64,000 nucleotides of DNA. Source: Pararhodobacter sp. Its GTDB lineage: Bacteria > Pseudomonadota > Alphaproteobacteria > Rhodobacterales > Rhodobacteraceae. This document shows, one piece after another, positions 45,127 through 55,516 of this stretch. Position 1 is the first letter of the stretch. Each line of letters begins with the position of its first letter. The stretch covers positions 56,034 to 120,033 of the forward strand of contig NZ_JAUCCQ010000003.1 of assembly GCF_034676075.1 (NCBI RefSeq), in the 5' to 3' direction. Both the position numbers and the translations under genes were made by a program. Under the pieces are notes generated by a model. The model was given only the letters and a program-made list of their open reading frames with translations, ran no database searches and had not been told where the DNA came from.

Positions 45127-45897
45127 TCAGGCGAGGAAGAAGGCGATGGTCATCGCCGCGCCCACCAGCGTGATGAACCAGCGCAACAGATCCGTGCGCA
45201 AGATGCGGCGGCTCAACCGGGCTCCGGCATAGCCGCCCGCCGTCGCACTCACCGCCAGGATCAGCGCCTGCTCCCAGGCGATCAGTCCGGCCCAGACGAA
45301 GGCTGCAGCCGAGATCAGCGACAATACCGCTGACAGGAGGTTCTTCAGGCCGTTCATGCCGTGCAGGTCGGTGTGGCCCAGCAGGCTAAAGGCCGCGAGC
45401 AGCATGATCCCGAGACCGCCGTTGAAGTACCCGCCATAGACGGACACGGCGAGGATTGCCGCGCCCGAGACGACCGGCCCCGCCGCACCGCCCCCTCGCT
45501 GGCGCAGGGCTTTCAGCAGAAGCGGACCGGTGGCGAAGAGCAGGGTTGCCAGCAGCAGCAGCCAGGGCACGATCCACAGAAAGGTCTCGCCCGGCGTCAC
45601 GATCAACAAGAGCGCGCCGAGAATGCTGCCGAGGGCCGCGAGGCCGAGGATCGCGCGCAGTCCCAACGCCCCTTCGGCCCTCATATCCCCTCGAAACGCC
45701 CAGGCACTGCTCAGATACCCTGGCAGCGCGCTCAGCGTCGCGGTGGCATTCGCGGCAACCGGAGGCACGCCCACGTAGATGAGCGCCGGAAGGCTCAGGA
45801 AGGTGCCGCCGCCTGCCACGGCATTGAGAAGGCCCGCGGCACCGCCAGCCAGGCAGAGCAAAAGCAGCTCGGTCATCGCGTCTAGCATCCCGTTCAT
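45127..45897 (-). CDS. TauE/SafE family sulfite/anion exporter
   Basis: 256 aa, polytopic, with GLLNAVAGGGTF and GGYFNGGLGIM motifs. Start at ATG 45897 inside ORF 45127..46335. Confidence 0.8.
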   Translation of the reverse strand: MNGMLDAMTELLLLCLAGGAAGLLNAVAGGGTFLSLPALIYVGVPPVAANATATLSALPGYLSSAWAFRGDMRAEGALGLRAILGLAALGSILGALLLIVTPGETFLWIVPWLLLLATLLFATGPLLLKALRQRGGGAAGPVVSGAAILAVSVYGGYFNGGLGIMLLAAFSLLGHTDLHGMNGLKNLLSAVLSLISAAAFVWAGLIAWEQALILAVSATAGGYAGARLSRRILRTDLLRWFITLVGAAMTIAFFLA

Positions 45898-45922
45898 GGT
45901 TCGCGCCGGTCCTTGCGTCCTT

Positions 45923-45950
45923 TGCAATTGGTCTGCAAATTGGTTCGCAA
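45923..45950. repeat. tandem direct repeat TGCAA(A)TTGGT(C/T) x2 plus a partial third copy (candidate operator)
   Basis: TGCAATTGGTC TGCAAATTGGTT CGCAA lies immediately before the AGGAGG RBS of the FadR-type gene. Confidence 0.35.
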
Positions 45951-45961
45951 AGGAGGCACCC

Positions 45962-46642
45962 GTGGCAAGACATTCCGCGACGGATATCCAGCGCCATCTG
46001 TTTGCACTGGTGGAAGAGCTGACGCCGGGCGAACGCCTGCCGCCAGAGCGCGAGCTGGCAGCGCGCCTCGGCTGTTCCCGGCAGACGCTCAGGGCGGGCC
46101 TGTTCAGCCTCGAGCAAGACGGCAGGATCTGGCGCCATGTCGGCCAGGGGACATTCTGCGGCACGCGGCCGCGCCACCTGCCGGTTCGCGATACGCTGCT
46201 GATCGAGGGCGCGACACCCCCCGATGTCCTCCAGGCGCGCCTGCTGCTGGAACCGATGGTCGCTGCTGCAGCGGCGCGGCTGGCGGAACCTGCCGACGTG
46301 GCCCACCTGCGTGCGAAGGTCGACGCCGGGCGCAAGGCTCGTGATCGTGCTGCCTGCGAACAGGCAGATGACGCGTTTCACCGGGCGCTGGCGCAGATCT
46401 CCGGCAATCCGATCCTGGTGGGCTTCCTCAACTACCTTTCCGGCGTGCGTCGCCGGGTGGCCTGGCAGCGGGAATGGGAGGCGACCTACCGACGCATCGG
46501 CACCGCGGCATTTCAGACCCTGCACAGCGATCAACACCGACGGATTGTCGACGCGATCGAAGCGCGCGATCCGGGCGCGGCCGCATCCTCCATGACCGAG
46601 CACCTGGAAACCATCAGGACCGATATGACGGGAGGCCGCTGA
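45962..46642 (+). CDS. GntR family regulator (FadR/FCD subtype)
   Basis: GTG start after AGGAGGCACC. ERLPPERELAARLGCSRQTLRAGLFSLEQDGRI HTH plus an FCD-like domain. Confidence 0.8.
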   Translation: MARHSATDIQRHLFALVEELTPGERLPPERELAARLGCSRQTLRAGLFSLEQDGRIWRHVGQGTFCGTRPRHLPVRDTLLIEGATPPDVLQARLLLEPMVAAAAARLAEPADVAHLRAKVDAGRKARDRAACEQADDAFHRALAQISGNPILVGFLNYLSGVRRRVAWQREWEATYRRIGTAAFQTLHSDQHRRIVDAIEARDPGAAASSMTEHLETIRTDMTGGR

Positions 46643-46768
46643 CCGGCCGCCTTATGGGCGGGTCAGCGGCAGGGTTGCACGGGTCGAAGGCTGCACCCAC
46701 CCCGCCCGACGGCCGAGGCGACACGAAGCCTCGCGCTGAGACTGGGACCGCGCTGCAGCCCCATCAAG

Positions 46769-47692
46769 TCAGTCCTCCGGGTCTGGTTGCGTGACGCTGA
46801 GAATCGTCAGCATGCGCCGCTCGTTGTCCCGCGTGTCCCAGTAGAAACTAGCCCCCTCGGCAAGACCCAGCAGGGCGACCCCGATCGGCGTCGTCACCGA
46901 AACGCGCATCCGGGCGATATCCGCCTCTTCGGGATAGACCAGCGTCACGGTCTTTTCCTGTCCGGTGTTCTCGTCACGGAAGACGACGGTGCTGCCCATG
47001 CCGACCACGTCCTTCGGCATCTTGTCGGCGGCGACGATGCGCGCGCGGCCGATCTCTTCGTACAGACGGTCAGCGAGAGCAGGATGGCGGCGCAGCATAC
47101 CATCGGCCAGCCCCTCCAGATGCGCGAGGCTTTCCTCGCTGATGACGATCCGGGGGTTCTTCTTGGCCGGGCTTTTCACGGCTTGGGCGGTGGTGGACAT
47201 GGTAATTTTCCTTGTGTTCACGGGTAATGTCGGAGGATGGCGCGGCGCCTCGGCCACGCTGGTCACGCAGAGACGGCCGATGCGGCCATCCTCGAAAAGC
47301 AGCGGTGCCCGCCGACCGACGCGCATGCCGATCAATGTGGCCCCCAGAAGCGAGGCAACGGGGATCGCGCCCTCGGGCAGGCCGGGAACGAGGCGATGCA
47401 CCAGCAGGCCGGTCCGGGGCGCGCCGCCGTCGATGGTGAAGCTGACACGCGCGCCGCCCACCACCAGATCGCGATCGTGCACATCGTCCGCCGGACGGGT
47501 GTTCATCAGCTTGCTCGCCAGCACATAGGCAAGCAGTTTCGAGCCTGTGCCCCGTCCGCCTTCGCAGGCCTCAAGATGTTCCAGCAGGGCCCGATAGTCC
47601 GCAGAGGGCAGATTGACCGGGATGTGGCGAAGTTCTCTGCGCAGAGATCGGGATGCAAGCGCCGACTGGGTTGAAGGATTGACGCCGACCAT
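46769..47692 (-). CDS. tandem Rnk-like (GreA/GreB C-terminal domain) protein; the second module can also be read from internal ATG 47200
   Basis: Both halves show the Rnk architecture: a helical N-part followed by V..GS.V.F......L..P.......VS...P.G.ALLG. GAGGAGGA RBS before ATG 47692. There is no stop codon between the modules. Confidence 0.7.
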   Translation of the reverse strand: MVGVNPSTQSALASRSLRRELRHIPVNLPSADYRALLEHLEACEGGRGTGSKLLAYVLASKLMNTRPADDVHDRDLVVGGARVSFTIDGGAPRTGLLVHRLVPGLPEGAIPVASLLGATLIGMRVGRRAPLLFEDGRIGRLCVTSVAEAPRHPPTLPVNTRKITMSTTAQAVKSPAKKNPRIVISEESLAHLEGLADGMLRRHPALADRLYEEIGRARIVAADKMPKDVVGMGSTVVFRDENTGQEKTVTLVYPEEADIARMRVSVTTPIGVALLGLAEGASFYWDTRDNERRMLTILSVTQPDPED

Positions 47693-48040
47693 AAGTCCTC
47701 CTCGGGTGCAAGGCACCGCGTTCACGTTTCATGACGGAGAGGAGACCCCGGGAGGTATGGCAGGCGCGAACGCGCCTAGACCGCCCGGGGAAGCGGGCGG
47801 TTCAGCAGACGAAATCGGAAATGATCAGCGTGCTTGGCCATGCAGAACAGGTAGGGATTGCCACCCCGCGCGTCAATGCCGACAGGCCCTGATCGGCTGG
47901 TTTGAGCCAGACTTTGGGCGATTTCCCGAGGCCAGAGAGGGAAAGCCGGTGCCGCCCGTCTTTGCCGCGGCCCTCACCAGTCGGAAGAAAGTTTTCATGA
48001 GACGGGTATTTTGCCCCCCTTCCCCCGTTCCCCTTGCTGA

Positions 48041-49456
<1,416 letters not shown>

Positions 49457-49458
49457 GC

Positions 49459-50658
49459 ATGGAACCGGGACGCCGCCAGGGCGGAGGAACGGCGCTGCTT
49501 GCCCGTTGCCTCGCTTGGCTGCGTCCCTTCGGCCCGGTCATCGGACCGACCGGCCTGCCGGAGATGGCCGCCGGGGCTGCAGGGGCCGGGCTGGCGCTGC
49601 TGGTCTGTGCGGGGCTCCTCTGGGGCGCAGCGGTCGATTTCGCCACCGGCGCGTTCCTGATCGCGCCGATGGGGGCGAGTGCGGTGATCCTGTTCGCCTT
49701 GCCGAACAGCCCGCTCGCCCAACCCTGGTCCGCGATTGTCGGCAACAGCCTCTCGGCGCTGGTGGCGCTTGGCGTGCATCAGCTGGCCCTGGACCCGGCG
49801 CTGGCGATCGGGATCTCGGCCTGTCTGGCCCTTCTGGTGATGTTCCTCAGCCGGTCCCTGCATCCGCCGGGTGGCGCTGTGGCGCTGACCGCGGCGATGA
49901 ACCCCGCGATGCTGGAGGCGATGGGCCTGCGCTTCGTGCTGCTTCCGGTCCTTCTGGGGACCGTCTCGCTGGTGCTCATGGCGCTGGCCTGGCACCGGCT
50001 GACCGGAAGGGTCTATCCGTTTCGCCAGCCGCACGAGGCAGGGCCGCATGCCACCGCCGACAAGGCGGCGGAGCAACGGCTTGGTCTCGCCCCGGAAGAG
50101 CTGGCCCGGATCCTCGCCGACTATCGCCAGTCGGCCAACCTCGGGGTCGAGGATCTGTCCCGTCTGATCGCCGCGGCCGAGCAGGTTGCGGCGGGCCATT
50201 CCCTGGGTGCGATGACCTGCGAGGAGATCATGTCGCGCGACCTGGTCACCGTGCGCCCTGATGCGCGCAGCGCCACCGTTGCGGATCTGTTTCGCAAGCA
50301 CGGGTTCACCTCGATCCCGGTGGTGGATGGGAAGGGCGTGATGCTGGGCGTGATCTTTCAACTGGATCTGATCCGTCGGGCCAGACGCGATGCGCTGCGC
50401 AGACGCAGCCGGTTCGGGGGCGCGATGGCTGTTGTCGGGGGCGACGCATCGATGGGCCTCCTGCGCGCCACCGAAATCATGACCACCACGCTGCCGACCG
50501 CGACCCGCGGTACGCTTGTCGCGACGATCCTGCCCCTGTTGTCCGATGGCGGGACCGAAGCCGTTCCGGTGATGGAGGCAGACCGGATCGTCGGCATCGT
50601 TACCAGAACGGACATGCTGTCGGCCTTGGCCCGATCAACGGCGCGGAGCATTAGCTGA
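49459..50658 (+). CDS. HPP family membrane protein fused to tandem CBS domains
   Basis: HPPGGAVAL signature in a 4-helix membrane domain, followed by two CBS-like repeats. Starts 2 nt after the gdhA stop. Confidence 0.8.
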   Translation: MEPGRRQGGGTALLARCLAWLRPFGPVIGPTGLPEMAAGAAGAGLALLVCAGLLWGAAVDFATGAFLIAPMGASAVILFALPNSPLAQPWSAIVGNSLSALVALGVHQLALDPALAIGISACLALLVMFLSRSLHPPGGAVALTAAMNPAMLEAMGLRFVLLPVLLGTVSLVLMALAWHRLTGRVYPFRQPHEAGPHATADKAAEQRLGLAPEELARILADYRQSANLGVEDLSRLIAAAEQVAAGHSLGAMTCEEIMSRDLVTVRPDARSATVADLFRKHGFTSIPVVDGKGVMLGVIFQLDLIRRARRDALRRRSRFGGAMAVVGGDASMGLLRATEIMTTTLPTATRGTLVATILPLLSDGGTEAVPVMEADRIVGIVTRTDMLSALARSTARSIS

Positions 50659-50769
50659 CAGAAGCTCTAAGGGGGGCTACGAGCGGGCAACCAGGCCGCT
50701 ATCGACTTGATTTGTCAGTACATCGTCCGCAACCATGCAAAGATGATGATCGGTCTTTCTAGGCGGTCT

Positions 50770-51250
50770 GGAGATCCTACGGGCAGTGCGTCGGCCGTTT
50801 CTTCGAGGTCTGCGGGCCGAGGGCTCGCCCTCGTGTTCGAGCAGCACAAAGATCCGCCCCTCTCGGCAGATTTGCTACAAAAATCGCCTGCCGGGCAGTG
50901 GATACCCGAACCGGCGCCGTTCTTTGGCCAGATCACACAACCGACCCCACAGCGCTGTATCCGGGGCATGCTGCGATTAGGAGCGGACCGTCTTCCGATC
51001 CGCCCCGGTAAATCTGACACGCCCGTCGTTCTGCAGCCCGAACTGGGTCTTCAGATGCGCGACACCTTCGCGCTTCACGCCGGGCGTCATCGCGGACATC
51101 GGAATCCCTGAGTACTTCGCCTTCCAGACATAGAACGCGCCCTCCGACGTCCCGCGCTTGCGGCATAGATCGGCGCACTTCGCACAGGCATCATGTTCCG
51201 CTAGAATGCGGATGGTCTGTTCTTCTGTCCGTCGGGCCTTATTCGAAGCA
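50770..51250 (-). mobile_element. decayed IS3-family (IS407-like) remnant: orfA-like segment plus frameshifted 5' orfB
   Basis: Minus-strand translation gives RRTEEQTIRILAEHDACAKCADLCRKRGTSEGAFYVWKAKYSG (IS3 orfA HTH). In another frame it gives LAKERRRFGYP (orfB N-terminus) interrupted by a stop. No start codon and no DDE region. Confidence 0.6.
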
Positions 51251-51448
51251 CCTCTAGTCGCAGTTGGAGGAACAATCCCGCGGCAGGTCAGCAGGTCAAA
51301 GGATCAAGGCACGCATGATCTGCAACGCAGCGCCGCGGGTGCAGCAGCCTCCCCCGCCAGTACTATACGCAGTGCGGCGCTTCCTCGCAGGGTCTGACTG
51401 CCAAGACAACAGACCGGCTGCGAGGTCACACAGTGCTAAAGCAAGGAT

Positions 51449-52489
51449 CTACTCCTCGGGTTCGACCTGTTCGCCGCGCAGAGTGGCCTGCATGAAGCGC
51501 AACTTCTTCAGCAGCGCCTGCATCCCGGCGACGTCCAGACGGGTCGTGTTGTGCGAGTTGTACTCGACCGATTGAGAGATCTCGATCTGGCCGCGCTCAA
51601 CATACTTGCCATAGTTCAGATCCCGCAGATCCGGCGGCACGCGATAGTAGCCACCCAGGTCCTCAGCGGCGACCATTTCCTCACGGCTCAACAGCACTTC
51701 GAACAGCTTCTCACCATGCCGGGTGCCGATGGTGTTCACCGGGTGGTCAGGCACGCCGAGGAGGCCGGTCAGCGCATTCGCCAACGTCTCGATGGTGGCA
51801 GCGGGCGCCTTCTGGACAAAGATTTCGCCCGGATTGCCGTGCTCGAACGCGTAGAGGACCAGATCGACCGCGTCATCGAGCGTCATCATGAACCGCGTCA
51901 TCGAACCGTCGGTCAGGGTGATCGGCTCGCCGGCTCGGATCTGATGGGTGAAGAGCGGAATAACCGAGCCGCGGGAGGCCATGACATTGCCATACCGGGT
52001 GGTGCAGATCACCGTATCGCTGCTCGACCGGGATTTGGCGACGATCACCTTTTCCATCATCGCCTTGCTGATACCCATGGCGTTGATCGGGTAGACAGCC
52101 TTGTCGGTGCTGAGACAGACCACCCGCTTGACACCACAGTTGATCGCGGATTCCAGAACGTTTTCCGTTCCGAGGATATTGGTCTTGACCGCTTCCATGG
52201 GGTGGAATTCACAGGACGGCACCTGCTTGAGCGCCGCGGCGTGGTAAATGTAGTCGACGCCGCGCACCGCATTCAGGATCGACTGATAGTCGCGGACATC
52301 GCCGATATAGAACTTCAGCTTGGGGCTGTTGTACTTCTTCCGCATATCATCCTGCTTCTTCTCGTCGCGGCTGAAGATACGGATCTCCTTCAGGTCGGAA
52401 TCGAGGAAGCGGCGTAGAACGGCATTGCCGAACGAACCGGTGCCGCCGGTAATGAGCAGGGTCTTGTTGGTGAACATTCTCGAATTCAT
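51449..52489 (-). CDS. UDP-GlcNAc 4,6-dehydratase/5-epimerase of the CapE/FnlA/WbjB-PseB clade
   Basis: KTLLITGGTGSFGNAVLRRFL, IRIFSRDEKKQDDMR, AAALKQVPSCEFHPMEAVKTN, LSTDKAVYPINAMGISKAMMEKV and TRYGNVMASRGSVIPLF. Confidence 0.9.
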   Translation of the reverse strand: MNSRMFTNKTLLITGGTGSFGNAVLRRFLDSDLKEIRIFSRDEKKQDDMRKKYNSPKLKFYIGDVRDYQSILNAVRGVDYIYHAAALKQVPSCEFHPMEAVKTNILGTENVLESAINCGVKRVVCLSTDKAVYPINAMGISKAMMEKVIVAKSRSSSDTVICTTRYGNVMASRGSVIPLFTHQIRAGEPITLTDGSMTRFMMTLDDAVDLVLYAFEHGNPGEIFVQKAPAATIETLANALTGLLGVPDHPVNTIGTRHGEKLFEVLLSREEMVAAEDLGGYYRVPPDLRDLNYGKYVERGQIEISQSVEYNSHNTTRLDVAGMQALLKKLRFMQATLRGEQVEPEE

Positions 52490-53307
52490 TGGCTCTGGGC
52501 TCCCGAGACCAAAATAGATTGAAGGTCCCTATGAGGATAAGCATCCAATAGAGATCCGTTTGTGGCATTCACTATCCGGATACCATTTTCCGCTGCAAGC
52601 CGAGCAATGAGGTAGTGAAATGTCGTAGTTATATGGTACTCTTTGAGGTAGAACGCAAGATTATAGGATCTTAGCATCGCCACCTCATCACTATCATCAT
52701 ACGAGTGCATGTTTGATCGGGACGCAAAAAGATTGTAATCACACCCCAGAAGATATATCTCCCTGAAACCCATGTAAATGGCCGAAATCAGCGCCAAGCC
52801 AACGACATTCATGGTTATCGAGAGATTACCTGATAGATTTGACCTCATTCGGTCAACAGGGTAGTTTTTCGCATACACCAATAGCCTTCTTGCTTCGCCT
52901 GGGACATAATTTTTTGCCCTCACATCCGTAATGAAAATTGGTGGCGATTGGGAATATTTTCTCAGGATGGCGCTATATGTGAAGCTTAGCTTACCCCAGT
53001 AGCTGTTGTCAGCCAGGACATAGTATGTCGGCGCTAGTGATGAGAAGTTCTCCACCCTATAGAATGAGTTCACCGCAAATGTGAATTCCTCTTTCAGCGA
53101 ACTCACCTCCTCGGGCGAGATTCCCGCTAGGGATGGACCCGTACCAAGAATGAAGCACCTCTGATCCTTATGAATCCCCTGATAGTTACGGTTCCCACGT
53201 ATTTCCTTACGTATCTGAGGCCGAACAGCAAGAAGAGCATCGCTAGCGACATTAAACGCCCTAAAAGCAAACTTGTTTGCCTTCTCATGCGCAGAAAAGA
53301 ACGACAT
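52486..53307 (-). CDS. putative nonulosonic-acid (pseudaminic acid) transferase, DUF115/MAF- or Cst-sialyltransferase-like
   Basis: CFILGTGPSL ... AVNSFY ... GFREIYLLGCDY resembles the GNGPSL ... CNQFY ... GYKEIYL.GID pattern. AT-rich gene. Confidence 0.5.
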   Translation of the reverse strand: MSFFSAHEKANKFAFRAFNVASDALLAVRPQIRKEIRGNRNYQGIHKDQRCFILGTGPSLAGISPEEVSSLKEEFTFAVNSFYRVENFSSLAPTYYVLADNSYWGKLSFTYSAILRKYSQSPPIFITDVRAKNYVPGEARRLLVYAKNYPVDRMRSNLSGNLSITMNVVGLALISAIYMGFREIYLLGCDYNLFASRSNMHSYDDSDEVAMLRSYNLAFYLKEYHITTTFHYLIARLAAENGIRIVNATNGSLLDAYPHRDLQSILVSGAQSQ

Positions 53308-53359
53308 CCCATTTCCCCTTCCATTCCAGTCAACGTAGCTAGCCTCTGAGCGCGACTGT

Positions 53360-54460
53360 CTAAGGCGCCCTTGTATTCACTCGCAACAGAACAATGAAGA
53401 TGCATGAGAATATAGCGACATCCAATGGCCCGTGAAACGCGGTAGAGTCAAAAAATGACCTGAACATTGATACAAGAAGGGCAAGTGAAGCGTAGTGGTT
53501 GCCACTCCATGTCAACTTCCAAAATGAATAAATTGCCAGTGACAGGAAGAGAAGGATGCCCAAAAGGCCGAAAGACAGATGCAAGCTTATATAGGCATTG
53601 TGCGGATTTCCATCGAGCGCAACGATGGCCTGAACGCCTTCAGCAGGTGGCGCGAATAGAAGGTAGCCAATTCTTTCTGTTACCTGCCCAATATACTCCG
53701 ATATTACGAGTTCTCGGGCGTCTGGACCGCTATCTGACAGCCGTTCGAAGCGCTCTATCCCGGTGGAGAGCGTTTCGACAAGATTCTGCGCCTGAGGAAT
53801 CATAAGGATTGAGATCGCAACGACGACGGCAGCCATTGCAAACTTGATCCTATTCCCCGCTTTAGAAAGGAAAACGGTTCCGGCGAGAACGATGATCGAG
53901 CTGATAATGCCAGACCTCCCGATGCCCCAGAGACACACAAGAGCCATGGATATTGGCACCACCGAACGAGGCTGCAATCTATTCCGGCCACAGGAAATAT
54001 AATAGAGCGAAACCGACAGAACCATCAAGGTGGAAATGTAGTTTCGACTAATCGAAAATACCTCCTCCGGATCCACGCCGGAGACCCCATGAGCCACGAA
54101 GATAAGTACCAGAACCAGTGTAACAACCAAGTACAATCTTGCCGGCAAAGGCGATCTTGCGATTGCCCAAGCATAACCCATATTCGCAGAAAATTGTAAC
54201 GCAGATATCACAGAAAAATTATTTCCGGCGATGCTATTTACGAGCGAGAGCGTAAGAAATGCGGCCATCACAAGAGAAATCGAGACATTGAATGAGCCGA
54301 TTGACGCTGCCAAGACTGCATATGCGGACCCAATAGCTAAAATGAGCACGGCTACCAAGAGCTGGGCGTTGGGATTCACCACATAGAATCGCGCAAAGCT
54401 CAGCAAGATAAAGATTGGTCCCGCGAGCTCAAAAATGGAAGAGATCCTGAGCCTCATCAC
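53360..54460 (-). CDS. wzy: O-antigen polymerase/ligase family membrane protein (Wzy-like)
   Basis: About 10 hydrophobic helices. A large loop carries the GNPHNAYISLHLSFGLLG motif. AT-rich gene. Confidence 0.65.
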   Translation of the reverse strand: MMRLRISSIFELAGPIFILLSFARFYVVNPNAQLLVAVLILAIGSAYAVLAASIGSFNVSISLVMAAFLTLSLVNSIAGNNFSVISALQFSANMGYAWAIARSPLPARLYLVVTLVLVLIFVAHGVSGVDPEEVFSISRNYISTLMVLSVSLYYISCGRNRLQPRSVVPISMALVCLWGIGRSGIISSIIVLAGTVFLSKAGNRIKFAMAAVVVAISILMIPQAQNLVETLSTGIERFERLSDSGPDARELVISEYIGQVTERIGYLLFAPPAEGVQAIVALDGNPHNAYISLHLSFGLLGILLFLSLAIYSFWKLTWSGNHYASLALLVSMFRSFFDSTAFHGPLDVAIFSCIFIVLLRVNTRAP

Positions 54461-54466
54461 TCGGCC

Positions 54467-55516
54467 CTATACGATATCATCCCAGGTCACCGCCGTATGC
54501 TTAGCCACATCCCGTGTAACGCGCTGCCCCAAGACGGCGTCCAGATGCTTGGGCGCCAATCCATAGCCCGGGCGAACGCTGCGCACCGCGTCGGCGGTGA
54601 TGACCTCGCCAGCCGCCAGATCCTTCACGAAATACAGCGAGCGGCGGAATTGCACGTTACCCTGCTCGCTCGACTTGCGGCCATAGTCAACCTGGCCAAG
54701 CGCCTGCCAGGCCGTACGCGCGCCGCTGCACAGTGCCGCCATCTCGGCCGGCTCCAGCGAGAAGCTGTCGTCCGGGCCCCCGCCGTTGCGGTCCAGGGTA
54801 AAATGCTTCTCGATGATCGAAGCCCCCAGCGCCACACTGGCGATGGCGGTGGTATTGTCCAGGGTATGATCCGACAGGCCGGTGACCAGCCCGAAACGCT
54901 CGATCATATCGGGAATGGTGTGCAGGTTGTAATCCTCGGGCGGCGCGGGATAGCCCGAGACGCAATGCAAAAGCGCCAGTTCGCGGCAGCCCCCATCGCG
55001 CGCCGCGGCGACGGCTTCGGCGATCTCTTCGGCATCGGCCATACCGGTCGAGATGATCATCGGCTTGCCGGTTCCGGCGACATAACGGATCAGCGGGAGA
55101 TCCACGGCCTCGAACGAGGCGATCTTGTAGGCTGGCGCCCCCAGATCCTCGAGCAGATCCACCGCCGTCGTGTCGAAGGGCGAGGAGAAGATGGTGATCC
55201 CGAGCGCCCGGGCATGGTCGAACAGCGGCCGGTGCCAATCCCAGGGCATGTGCGCCTGGGCGTAGAGGTCATAGAGCGTCCGGCCCTCCCAAAGCGTCCC
55301 CTTGATCATGAAATCGGGCAGGTCGGAGTCAAGTGTCAGCGTGTCAGGCCGATAGGTCTGCAACTTGATAGCGTCGGCACCCGCAGCAGCGGCGGCATCG
55401 ATAATGAGACGCGCGGTCTCCAGGCTGCCGTTGTGATTGGCCGAAAGCTCGGCAATCACGTAGGGCGGATGCCCTGCCCCAATGGCGCGGTCAGCGATTC
55501 GGATTTCATTCCCCAT
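54467..55516 (-). CDS. pseI: pseudaminic acid synthase
   Basis: NeuB-family YVIAELSANHNGSLE, KLQTY and KIASFE motifs. C-terminal SAF domain contains SVRPGYGLAPKH. Confidence 0.9.
   Translation of the reverse strand: MGNEIRIADRAIGAGHPPYVIAELSANHNGSLETARLIIDAAAAAGADAIKLQTYRPDTLTLDSDLPDFMIKGTLWEGRTLYDLYAQAHMPWDWHRPLFDHARALGITIFSSPFDTTAVDLLEDLGAPAYKIASFEAVDLPLIRYVAGTGKPMIISTGMADAEEIAEAVAAARDGGCRELALLHCVSGYPAPPEDYNLHTIPDMIERFGLVTGLSDHTLDNTTAIASVALGASIIEKHFTLDRNGGGPDDSFSLEPAEMAALCSGARTAWQALGQVDYGRKSSEQGNVQFRRSLYFVKDLAAGEVITADAVRSVRPGYGLAPKHLDAVLGQRVTRDVAKHTAVTWDDIV

Noticed and set aside
50715-51178. ORFs 50715..51020 and 50933..51178 (minus strand) as real genes.
   Set aside because: Other frames of the same DNA give clear IS3 orfA- and orfB-like peptide segments interrupted by stops. 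The listed ORFs are by-products of a decayed insertion sequence.
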